In this document: one piece after another, positions 1 to 12,600 of the stretch
How positions within the stretch are numbered: the stretch's first letter is position 1
Layout of the letters: each line of letters starts with the position of its first letter
Notes under the pieces: generated by a model
Told to the model about the DNA's origin: nothing
Database searches by the model: none
Seen by the model: only the letters and a program-made list of their open reading frames with translations
Translations under genes and position numbers: made by a program
DNA from: Hyphochytrium catenoides
Lineage: Eukaryota; Protista; Hyphochytriomycota
Direction: 5' to 3'
Length of the DNA: 64,000 bases
NCBI GenBank assembly: GCA_900088475.1
Contig: FLMG01003327.1
Span: 4,737-68,736 of the forward strand

Positions 1-637
1 GTATCGCACGCAGCTTGGTTCTTGCCACTGTCAAATAGCCAACGCTTGCTTTAGCTCTACTGAAGAAGCTGAATGGATGTGTTCTAAAGTATTCGTCAAA
101 GATTAGAATGGAAAGGAGGGGAGAACGGGCTATGAGCTCTGACGCTGGAAGCTTGGTGACGGTTAAGGATCATCCACATGACCCCCGCCTACTGGACCTC
201 TTGAGGGTGTTGGGCATTACTTTATTAGTGAATGTCATGCATCCTGGGGTAGTCCCTCTGGCATGTTCATAACAACGTCCTGATGGGCTGGGATGCCCGT
301 CCAATATATTAAGCGACTCTTCAGCTTCGTGCTTGAGAAAAAGGAGCTGGTAACCCTTCATCTATCACACCTCAAGGCGTGCTTGCATGTAGACGCTTTC
401 AGCCTTCAATGTCTTCCTTCCGCAAAGCCCTGATATGCGTAGGCAGCAGCTGTGTGAAGACTCAGAAGCTCACACCCATAAAGTATGTATAGCTAGAGAA
501 GATCATCGCCACCGTAATGAGGTAGATCATTCCCCGGGAATGACGGTGCTTGGTGTCGACCGTCAATGGAGTTGCACCTTCCGGACACGTATGAGGCACT
601 AGTAATTGTCGGCTCCCTTTGCTTGATCTGTATTCTA

Positions 638-3600
638 TTAGCTCGGGTTATCGACATCCGCTGCGGCGCCTCCACGAGGTGAAGCGGGGGCAGCTGGCGA
701 TATGGAAGGTCTCTCCCATCGTGATTCTCCTGTCGTAGGGTTATGGTAATAAATATATCCGTCCACGTCATGAACCTCCTCCCAACCTGCAAAGGTGGAT
801 GGAGAAAGTGAAGAAACTGTTAGCCTTACTTTACGCCTTGGAGGCAAGGCAGAATGTCGGCATCGTCAGAAGAGGATCGTAGACCACATCAATATGAGTA
901 GAAACTAAGGAGAGGTATGGGCCCACGAGCACTGGCATCATGGAGCCTAGCTAGTGACATAATAGCTTGAAAGCCAACAGACCTGGCTCTAGATCATCGC
1001 TGGCTGGTGTTGGGCTCACGAAGTTGTTTGTGCTCCCAACTCTGGGGGTTTCGTATTGTGACTGGCCAGTAATGAGGTTATAATAAAAGCGATTTCCCTT
1101 CTCGTCTAACGCTTCCTCCCAGTTCTCGAAGACCTTCCCACCTCCATCCCCTTCTTTGTTCTTTAATAGCACCCCCTCGTCCTCAACAGAAGATGCGGTG
1201 GCTTTCTCTTCCTTGTGGGAAACAGACGCCTGAGTATCTCCTCCTTGGACTTTGCGCCCCGTCCGAGACGGATCACCCTCCTTCTCATCCTTCTATCATT
1301 TCGAGCACGAATGCACAGTTAGGTTTGGTCCACGGTGCAGAAAGTTATGGGAAATGGCAGCTGTCATAATGCGGCAAGCAGGTTGACAGAAAGTAAGATG
1401 GCTGGCTAAACGGCGACTGCTTCGTAAACGGTAAAGGCACCAACTGTAAGAAGCCACTCAACGCCATACCATAGGCAAAATGAGAGCAGCCTCGCCAGTC
1501 CGGTTGTTCAGCCAGTACTCTTGGCCTTCCTCGTTCTCAGATTTCTCCTATCAACAAAAGAAGCAAGATTCTCAGGCGCTGAACTGCTAATCTTTCCTTT
1601 CCTGAGCCTATTCACTATCTCTTCCTCCCTCGCTCTCGTTTTGCCCCTCCTAATAAGACCTAACTGCAACCATGCTCTAAGAGTCCTTCTGCTGTACATC
1701 AATCCGCTGCAGCTACGTTGCATCTCTCCCTCACAAGGTGGGCCCTGGAGGGACTCACCCAAAAGTTAATCACCCTTGTTTGATCGCTAACCGAGGAGGA
1801 GGTAGAGAGCCTTTTCTTGACTCCAGGAGAGCTACTAGACGCTAATAACGATGGGGTAGAGGTGCGTTTGAAGCGGGGAGGGTGCCATTGACTGCTCCCT
1901 GGACAGAGAAAAGTTGGATGGTGCAGATCACAAATATCGAAGCAGTGTGAGGTGACTGTGACTTATCAGTATCGGGTCCTGACTATGAGCCATTGGGCCG
2001 ACCAGGATAGGGCGCCAGGGAGTGCACAATGAGGATACGAGATATGGGTAACCACTAGCAGAGATAGTCAAGAAGGGAAGACAGCTAAGAAAGCATTACA
2101 CGAATTAAGGGAGCAAGGAATGACTGCTGAGAAACAAACGAATGAAGGGCATACCAGTCTTGAGGTTGTAGAAGTAGGTTGTCTCCTCCGCCTGGCACTG
2201 CTCCCAATCCTCGACCGCCTCGGTACCCTGCCACCACTTTACTGCCTCTTCAAGGCCAATCGTCAGCCCCTGCAAGGAAGGAAAGAGTAAGAGATGGTTA
2301 CCGAAAAGGTAGTCAAAAGAGTGAACTCGTGTCCTCGACCTTGACAAGACACGACCGCGGGGGAAAGCGGTCAATAAAAGAATAATGAAACGCCAGGACA
2401 AGACAAGCTTACTATAGTGGATGAGCTAACTGGTAGCCAACAATGTGGGTAGTAAGGGATTCCCCAGCGTCCCGCGCTTTCCAGCAGAAAGCGAAACAGG
2501 CGAGGAAAGAAGAATAAGGAAGCGTCAAGAAACATGCACAAAGAGCGCTACGGACCAACCAAAGAAGCACTATGAGTAGAGGCAGAAAATAGACTATAAA
2601 CAGAGATGGGTAAATGGAGTCAGCAACAATCCTTACGTCTCCATATTCCTTAAGATAACTCTGTACATCCGACAGCCGAAGATTCTCCCCACAAGCAACG
2701 GTAAGCGCGGAGAACTTTTCTTCCGAGAGACGAACTGCTAGTTGCCCTCCTTGCTCTTGTCCCCCGTAGAAGCGGAAGGCTGCTCTGAGCCCTTCCTCAT
2801 CAATAACTACAGGCTCACTTCTGAGTAGCGCAAGGTGGAACAATGATAGGGTAAGAGGCAAGATGCCAAGGCGCTAGCGACTAATAATATGCACGAACAG
2901 GTAGGAGATGTCAGCTCGGAGGAAGGAGCATGCCGGCATCGAGTGGTCAGAACTTCAATGACAGGGACTGGAAGGGTTTGAGGAAGCAGAAAAAGAGGAG
3001 TAGCACAGGAGGCAAAGAAGTAAATCTTGATGAAATTTATAAAGCAGGAAGCGCAGGAAGATAGAGACACCCGACGTACGGCAAAAGCTTTTTCGTCCTT
3101 GTACTTATCGCCGGTGCTTCCCACGTGCTTACTCCTGTCTTCGGGTTATACCAGTAAGATGGCTCTCCCTCTTGCTTCACCTCCACCTGCCAAATCCAGG
3201 GGGAAGAGAAGACATGAAGAGACAAACGAGCGAGGATGCGGTGGTGAGATTGCCAGGAAAGAACGCGGCGACTGAAGAAGAAGAGATGGTGGTCGTTCAA
3301 ATTTCCTCGAAAGTAGAATCCAACCTTACCCATTCGTCATCCTCGGAGGAGCTCTCTGCCACGTTTCCTTGGTCGTCTGTATCCTCGAGTTCCTCTTTGC
3401 CTCTGGGAGACTCGAGACCAGCCTTGATCCTCTTCGCACGCCCTCTGCCCTGGTTTCCCCTTGTCCAAGCTTGAAGTTTGATCGCTGCCTTCTCTCTTTG
3501 AAGCTGTAGTTGCAAAAAACAGAGAAGCGCAAGAAAATAGAGAAAGAAGGTGAGGGTGGTTGCAAGCACTGACCACATCTCAGACCATATCTCAGAGCGA

Positions 3601-6600
3601 GTGGAGTGAGATTGTACACCAACACTTGACAGAGTATGGTGACAAAATAATGGAGGACAGGAGGATAGAAAGCGAGGGGAGCAACATAGAAGAATAGGAA
3701 GGACGCTAGCCAGCTAAGAAAGAGAAGATTACGGGTCAAGCCATGCATGAGTCACAGCTGAGTAGTCCCTACCGTTGAAAGTTTCGCATTAACTTTAGGC
3801 TCCTTCTCTGCTTGTTCGGCCAGAACTTTCTCCCTTTGATATTCCATAAATAGCTCGACGCCACCCTTTTCCTGAAAACATACACAAGAGAAGGGAACAG
3901 CGGAGAGAAAGTGTATAGGCAAGAGACCTTAGACTCTCTATTTGGGGTACCTTGGCATGATGGATTTTGTTCTGTGCCCCTTATGTCCACCCCCACATCG
4001 CTTACTGGGTTCGTTAGATACTGCACCCATCATCATGCAGAATTATCTCTGCCATGTCTCTATATTCTCTGTCGGCCTTACGCACCTCCCCTTTGAGCTC
4101 AAGCAAATGGTTGAAGTTTTCCAATATCTTGGGGTTGGCGGGTTCGAGCTCCAGTGCCCGTAGATAATGTTCTTTAGCTTTCGGATAGTCTCGATACACG
4201 TACTGGGAATGATTGATAGCAGGATGAGTGCGTACGGTAAGGAGACATTGTAAGCCAAATGAAAAAGAAGTGCGATAATTAGCTTGCATGTTGACACTGC
4301 GGGAAAGGGGATTCCGAATGCGACGTAAGCAGGCAAGCCGGCCAGACGAAGTCTAAAGGAGGAAGACAGCTTATAATGCCTTAGTCGGCACCCTATGTGG
4401 GTCTTATTTTCAGTCGATCCCTTCTTCCGGGCAGGCTGTGTCTAATCTTGCCCTACCTGTCTACAGAGCGCATAGTTATAGTGACTCTGTCCACTGTTGG
4501 GGTTTAATACTATGGCATGACGGTAGAAGCCGTTGTACGCCAGAGAGTAGCTCTGAGTGTTAGGGTTGGCGTCTCGAGCGCGAGCAGCTAAGGAATGGAT
4601 GACTTCCCAATCATCTTCCAAGTTTACCGCTAGGAATATTGCATAGCTGAAAGGGACATGCCGTCGAACGGGAGAAGTTGGAGATGACAAGTAATGAGAT
4701 GACCTTGAAAGGGTATAAAGAACAGCCACGGAACGAGAGGCTTTCGATAAAGAGGAATGGTAGTAGAATTCGAGAAGAGTTTAGGGATAGTGTCAAGTAG
4801 AGAGAAACATGTCACCAGATCTGACTGACCTCCAGAGTATAAATGCGTTGTCAGGTCCCCGATGCATCATAAAGTCCATAGCCTTCGCTGTATTACGAAC
4901 GAAACAGGCAGGAGAAGAAACCGGTAAGTGAGACACTATCAAAGCATAAAGCCTACAGACGGAGGGATCTCTCGAACACTTAGAGTGACTACGTAAACAA
5001 AGAAATCATGCAGGAGTCATGTTAGATAGTGAGGTGACGACTGACTATAGAGAGGTCTGGCTCGATCGTATTCATGCTTGATGACATGTAGATAGAGCAT
5101 GTAGTTGCAGTGCTTGACAATATTGGTTGGGTCCGACAGGTACTCCTCCTCACATCCTTTCATCAGCCGGACACCCTTCAAGAGTCCCTAAGATAGGCGA
5201 GAAGAGCTATGAGAAGATCGCATTTGGAAGTACAAGTGAAGAGGGCTGGATCTGATCGAAGAAATGACGCAAGAGATGTACCATCCGATACAGATCATAA
5301 GCATATAAATTCCTAGCCCTGTTCTTTACTTGCCCGAAAGTGCTTCTTAGCCTTTCGAGCTCTCCATAACGCTTGGAACTTCTTGGCAGTGGCCTCCATC
5401 GCAACGGTGAACCCTTTTTCGTGGAACATTATTTGATCCTTCAACTATACATGAGGGAGAGAGCCAAGGGAGAGAGCCAAGAGAGAGAGGGATGGGCAAG
5501 GTTACCATACACCTCAATGAAGTCCGAGTGCTAGTCGTGCTAGTCACTGGGTATCTCGGGAAAATTTCTTTGCTCATGAGGCATTATCTTTGCTCGTGAG
5601 GCGATAGTGGAGACACCATTTAGCAGCAACACCAAGGAGCACTACACAAGAAAGGAGAAGCAGGAAACGCGGGAAATGCATACCTTCTCAATGTCTTGTC
5701 GCGCCCAGTGCTCTGGCTGATCCCATTGATACCTCTTCGTAGCTCTATGGCAGTAAAATTTGACATCCAGAGTGTTTGGAAGATAATGCTCGTCCCATAC
5801 GCCATGACTGCGGAGGATATGTATTAAAGGCAGGTTGTCAAACACAACTCTAACCCAGCAAGTGACAGCGGAGAGACGATAGGAGAAGATAGAATACACT
5901 AGTTAGGGCGCCAAGAAGAGAGATACCTGTCCTGGTCCGGTAGAACCACCGCGGTGGGGCAGATACCACCAGGCAAATGACAAGACCAGAGTATAGACGA
6001 CAACTTACCTCCTGGCGACAGGACATTGTAGCCTTAGTTTATTCCATTCTTCAGAAGTCTTGGGTCCATCCCTCTTTGCTCTTTCTTTTCTAGCCAGCTT
6101 ACGCGCCAGGTGACCACGGATCACTCTTTGGATCTTCAAAGTATCTAGTCGGCGCTACATAGAATCTATGAATAACCAGTTTGTGCACCTGACAGAGGGG
6201 CCAATGTTCTCGTACTATCTCCGCTCACGTCTCAGGGGTTTGCCGGACACCTGCCGAGCCTACTCATCCTCATGGCATGCATATGTTTTGACGTCTGATC
6301 TATCACGTTTCCCCCCTTCTCAGTCTGCAAATCTGTACCTGTCTATTCGTCCATCGCTCATAATAGTTCTCCGCCTCGCGCTTCCTAGTCAGAACTCCGC
6401 GGACAACTTTTTGTATCTACACGGGTTATCTGTGAGTGCGGATGCTAAGGTGCCGTACGGGGACAACGAGAACACTCAGACGTGAGGTCGATGGCCATGA
6501 AGGGGCCAAGAGCTCTGTATAACATCTGATCTGTACTTGTACTTGTCCCTCCTGCGTTTGGTGTGGGGGCCGTCCTCACCTGTGTCGCTGCTTGGTGTTT

Positions 6601-9600
6601 TTCTTTTAGCTTCTTGACTAGTCTTCTGGCCAAGAACCCCCTCACTACCCTCTGAATCTCAATGGAGGCTGCATGCTTCTCTTTCAGTTGACGAAGGCCC
6701 TGTAGCGAAAGCGGTAGAGGGAGAGAGGGGAGAGCAAGAAGTTAGGGTTACTGCGAGGCCTAAGTATAACTTTCAGAAAAGCTACCCATAGCCCATAGCC
6801 GATGAAGCACAAGTCAAATGAGGGGTCTTCGTAGAATACGTAGACAGGCAAAAGCAGCAGAGGACTACACGTGCATAGTATCGAAGAATAGAAGCCCACT
6901 CAAAACCGGAAGGAAAGCGGGCTTTAACCTGCATGGCCTTGTGTCGACGAAAATGCTTCTGTACAATGGACGCGGCCCATTCTTGCTTCCGCATCTCCAG
7001 CATCGCCTTTTTCTCTTCTCCCCAATAGGCCTTATAGTCCGCAAAGTTTGTTCCTTCGCTATCTTCTTGATCTTTTGCCCAATAGCGTTTCACTTTTCTC
7101 CTCATCCTCTTCCTTTTGCGAGCCGAGGACTCCTCTGCATATTTCTGTGAAGATTAAGAAAAATTGTCAAAGCCTTGAGTATCACCTCTGGGACGTCTAA
7201 TGGAGCAAAAAAGATTGCAGAAAGTCTTTTTGATTGCACTAGAGAGACAAAGGTGAGCAAGTCATCTTCAAGAGAACAGACATCCTGAGTCGGGTGATCC
7301 ACCAGATGGAACTCTAGGGGCTGTTTCTCTCTTCCTCGGTCTCTCACGGTTCCACCTCCACGCGCGTACCTGGAGATTCTCTGGCCTAGCGGGCGGAGGA
7401 GTGTCTCTCTTTTCTCCGGTCACTTTATTCTCGAAAGTAAACCGCCCCAAAGCCTGGTTCCACACATGCTCCCAGTGGTCTTCGATGCCAAATCGGGCGA
7501 TAAGGTCCAAGGGCGGCTCCCAAGTATAGCTTTCCTGCTTGACATCGTAGTAGAAAGGAGTGTTTCCTGCGAAATGCAGGTAAGAGAGATGGTGATGTAT
7601 GGGGATGGGCACTTCAAGACCGGCCCAAAAGAGGGGTAATCAGCAGAAGACCATTGTAGGGATGATTGTGCTTACCGACGCCTTTGTCGATATACTTCCT
7701 ATAGCCATCACACTCAACGATGAAAGTAGAGAAGATTAGGTTCTTGTCCCACGCCTCCTTGGTACGTTGAGGTAGCTCTGCCGTCTCTTCCCCGTTCTCC
7801 CCTGGCTCCTGGGCTGGATCCTCCTCCACAAACTCCTCTGCAAGAGCAGGATTGGTGAACAAGAGGCGTAGAGAAGAGGAGAGGAGGGCCATTAGTTCTA
7901 CAGAGACTCTCACAGGTGAATAAGTTGCGTGAGCAGGGATACGTCGGTACTCTTCTCTAACAAGAGCCTCTTCTCTCTTGTCGAGGGTCGAAGCCTTTCT
8001 TTCTTGAGATGTGCGTTATCTCACCCTTTATCATCTTGATGATATCGCTATGCCTCTCCATCCTGGCGAGCCCCAGAGGAGTCTTTCTTAAGTAGTTCAT
8101 CTTCATCATATCCGCCCCGTACTCGAAGAGGAGGCGAAGAAGGTCTCGGTGACCGTTCGCAGCAGCATGATGTGCAGCCTTAATAAAAAGGCAACGGAGT
8201 AGGAACAGGGAAAGTGGAGAGGTCAGCCAAAAAGAGAGAAATGATAATCAGTAACTAAACAAGGGAGAAGGAAGCAAGAGGTACGGGTCATAGGAGAAAG
8301 GGGCAAGAACGGATGTTGTCAGGAGTAATAGTATACGAGACGCATGAAATACTCTAAGGATAAATGCATTGGAGGCTGGGCTAAGACCTGGCTCCCTAGC
8401 TTGTTCCTCTTAGCTGGGTCTGTCCCGTAAGTGAGAAGCATCTCCGCTAGTTCGTAGTTTCCCGCTTTGCAGGCGTACATCAAGGCAGTATCTCCGTCGC
8501 TGGGAACAAGCACATCTCTTAGAGTCCACGAATGTGACAGGCAAGCCCAGATGTTGAAAAGCCAATACATACTGAGCACAGAAAGGAAGATAATCTAAAT
8601 ATAAAGAGGAAGATAATTGGGACAGTCTCACTTGTCTGCCTCATTGACGTCCATCCCGTGATCTACCAGGAGATGTATGACCTCAGGGGTGCCACCGAGT
8701 ACACAGAAATGCAGTGGTGACCGCCCAGCTTGGTCACGTAAACTCAGCTTAGAGCCATTTGCTATCAGTTGTGTGGCCATCTAAGAAGAATGTATCAGGT
8801 AGAAGGGTCCATCAATTTCAAGGAAACATGGCAGGAGATCAAAAGAGAAGAAAAGAGTTGCGCTTCGACGAGCTGACGCTATTCAGAAAGGGCACTTCAA
8901 AAGGAGTATTGAAGTCGCTTGCTCTAGGATCCAGAGTCCCGAGGGATAATAAGAGCAGTGGCAAGCAGTGACCTTGCACAGGATACAGACAACAAATTTA
9001 CCAACAGTCAAAGTTTTCGCTGCACATAGCTCCGAGGACAGTAACTGATGGCTAAAAGGCCAATGAAGTCTCACCTCCACTTGTCCCTCTGCTATTGCAT
9101 ACATCAGAGGGGTGCAGCCCTCCTTGTCTTGGATATTAATATCAGCAAGATGGGAACGTAGTAGGTCCATCATCAAGATGTTGCCTTGAGATGCAGCGAT
9201 ATGGGCAGCAGTTCCTTCCTCTGTGGCCGTGTCGTATCGCAAAGCAAGGCGTTCAATTGAAAACAGAAGGGCATTAGCAAAAATACGTGCCCGGGATGGT
9301 TGAAATGTGAAAGAGAAGCTCAGAGGCTTACCCTTATCTCTCATATCGACCGGCAAACCCAACTCCAGGAGAAGCTTGGCCACCTCATATTGGTCATTAT
9401 TGACCGTCACGTGCAGCAGCCCTAAGCCTTCCTTATTTAGCTTTACATAGGAGCGGAGAAAATCGAAAACGTAAGTGAATATGATCGATCAGAGAAGTTA
9501 TGGGTTGACGGTTCTGTCAAGGTATTATGAGTAACAGCGCTATGAAGAACAAGAGTCAGAACAGTCAGGGACCACTAATTAGAGCAATAGCACAGACATC

Positions 9601-12600
9601 GTAAGATGAACGCTGAGGGACTGAACCTTACCAAAGAGACATCCGCCCTCTTTCTTGCGAGCATGTTCACCATATCCGTATCTCCCAGCCTGGCTGCCAA
9701 TAGTATAAGAGAGTTTCCATCACCATCCAGCGCATCTATGTTGGCTCCCTGGGTTAACAGCCAGCGCACGTACGCTACACGGTTGCTGAAAGATGTGAAG
9801 ATAGGGAGGGAATTTATTACGATCCGTGGTAATGATAACAAGAATAGTCTCTGCTCGATGGGTCACACACTCCTCCTTCACTCACCTCTGCTTTCCTAGC
9901 AACGCTAGATGAAGTGGCCTATTTCCCTGGTTGTCCTTAAGATTGACGTCGAAGCCCACAGAGAGGCAGAGCTCCGTTGTGGTCTTTGAGCATCCGCATG
10001 CTGCACAATGGAGCACTGACAGGCCCCTGGAATCGGATATGCTGAAGGCCTCTTTCCGTCTAAAGCCCTGACGAAGAGAGAAGAAATCTCCGTGCTCCGC
10101 AGCATAGAAGTACTTGGCACACTGACAAAACAGAGACAGAAGTGTCAACTACTTGAAACCTCTTTTTGAAAAGAAGGAATACGGTAGGTGGAGTATTTGG
10201 CCACAGGACATGCATGGGACAGCTTACCCTCAGTCTGTACGCCTCACATCTAGCCCTGTACTTTCTCCAGAGACACTGGATGCTAACAGCAGCCTTTCGC
10301 AATCTCCGCAATTCCGCCAATTCTCTTCGAGCCAACTAAGAAAAGAAAGGCACCAGTCAGGGAAGCTAAGCTTTGAGCGTTATGTCGCGTGCTAGCATTT
10401 GCACCTCATGCAAAGTGGGGTGATAAGAAGATGGAATATTGGAAGGGATGAGAGTCTGAAAGAGATGCTCGACGATGGACTTACCTTTCCTTTCCAATGC
10501 TTCTGAATCATGACCGCTGCTCGATGCTGCCTTCTAACAGGATAGTACCGTTTCTATTGTGGAACCCGACACATGGGATCTCAGCGGTAGTCAAGACCTT
10601 ACTGCTATCTCTTGGATGCTTACCCGTGCTGCGTACCCTCTCCACACAGCCTGAATATCCGTCGCTGCGTCATAGTTTTCCTGCTTGCGATTCAGGGTCC
10701 ACCGTCTCCATCGAGGAAAGAGACGTCTTCCCAGCTTTACTGATGAGGAAGGGGAAAACAAAGATGGGAAAATAAGACGCTTCCTTCCGAACAATGAAGA
10801 TAGGGATCTGCGGAAGGTTCGAGAGATGTAGGGAGGGCAGTGGATCCCGGGCACACGTAAAGAAGGGGAAACCAACCCATAGCACTGTTCAACAGAGAGA
10901 AGACTGATGTCTAGTTCTCCAAACCTCTTTTCCTGTCTCTCATTCTCTCCGCTCTTCTCCTCGCTAGCGCCCATCTTTTCCACTTTCTGAAAATTTGGAT
11001 CTGAGAGCGGTGATTCAGACGGCTGAGTGCCCTCTGCACCGCCTTCTCATTCTGACGCCTTCGCGCCACAGCTTTTTGCCTGGTTAGCGGGGGCGCAAAT
11101 AAAGAGGGCAGGGTTAAGAAGGTGAAAGACTAACGAAGGTTAAATTTGCTGCAGCGAAGAGAGCATTAAAGAGCTGTGCACCGACCAGGTACTGTGGGAA
11201 ACAGCCTCAAGGCACTTGTTGAGGGATAGAGACCGAGATGGCGGAAAATCGTTTCGTCTCCGACTACAGGTGTACCTTAGAAGTTTGTCTTTGTACCAGC
11301 GCAGGGTTTTCTGTATGCAGCGCGCAGCCTTGTCCTGCTTGAGGAGCACCTTGTAGGACTTACGCTTGACATACCCCTTCCAGTGTTTCTGCATAAGGAG
11401 GGAGGGAACAATGTGTGATGACGGCGAAGACAATTCAAGCTCTCAGGTAGGAAGGAGAGCATGACAGAGTAGAAAGGCTATATATATATGGAGAACCTGA
11501 ATGGTGATAACTGCCTTTTGTTTTTCCGCTCGAGCAGCCTCGTAATATTCGACCCAGCGGATAAAGCAGCTCTGCATGTCAGAGTTCAAAGCTCTCTTCA
11601 TCATGCGAAGAATCTTGTTTTGACGCATAGGTCAGGCGTATTATCGAGTGCAAGCATCACACAGGTGATTAGGGTGGTGAGAAAAGTTTAGACGTTAGTT
11701 TGGGGCCGAGAAGAAGCAGCTGGACCGCTATCATGAGGACTAGCCAGATTATCGAAGCAGTTAAGGCAGAAGACACCTCATTATAAGTACCAGAAGTTGT
11801 AAGAAAATGCGGTAATGAAGACGACATAAGAAGAGCAGGCATTCGCACAGCAGCGCTGAGACTAACCTTCTTGTTGAACTCGTGCTCTTCTTGCCAAATG
11901 GCAAAGCATTTGTACATGGTTTTATTCCTGAGTCGTAGCATGAATTTGGACGTCTTCTGGATCCTCTCCTTCCGCCGTTGGTTATGATGTTTTGCTCTCG
12001 TACGACCCCGGTGGCCACGGTACACTGCGGAAGTGTGTCAGGTGCAATTGTTGACGAGACCAAATTGAATAGGCAACGGAACATGCCCAAGTTAGAGGAC
12101 GAGGGGCTGCGGCGTTGCCTCCGCAAGGCGAGTTTCAAAGCATGACTCTCCCAGCGCAGCCAAAGCAGATGGAGCAGAAGCACAAGAGATGCGAGCTAAC
12201 AAAGGTGATCTGCCTTTACCTCTCTGTATCGTCATTGCTGCTCGATGGGCTCGCACTTGCTGCTTGGCAGCAGCCTGCCAGACTGCGAACCGTTCCCTTA
12301 GCTCCTGAATTATAGCAAGACATCGCCTCAGTCGAAAGGAAGACTTCTGCCACTCTGAATAAAGACTTCAACGCTCATAATGGACTCGAGGAGATAGCTT
12401 CCGCAAATAGAATTGACACTCAGACTCTCCAGCTACCAGTCCGGCTCATCGAGAGAACAGTACGAAGAGAGAGACATAGCAGAGGTCGAAAACCATGCCA
12501 CGCTTACCCTCTTCCTGACACTTCTAAATCTCTTCATCGTTGTGAGATAGAGCTTCCACCGCATAAAGCAAGGTCGAATGGCCACATTATTCACGAGCTA

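Noticed and set aside
1-620. Possible 3' exons of a plus-strand gene entering from the left
   Set aside because: Open stretches and splice-like sites exist, but there is no recognisable motif or unique frame.
4130-4160. GGGTTCGAG resembling a tRNA T-loop
   Set aside because: No T-stem or cloverleaf; it lies in a TPR-coding exon on the opposite strand.
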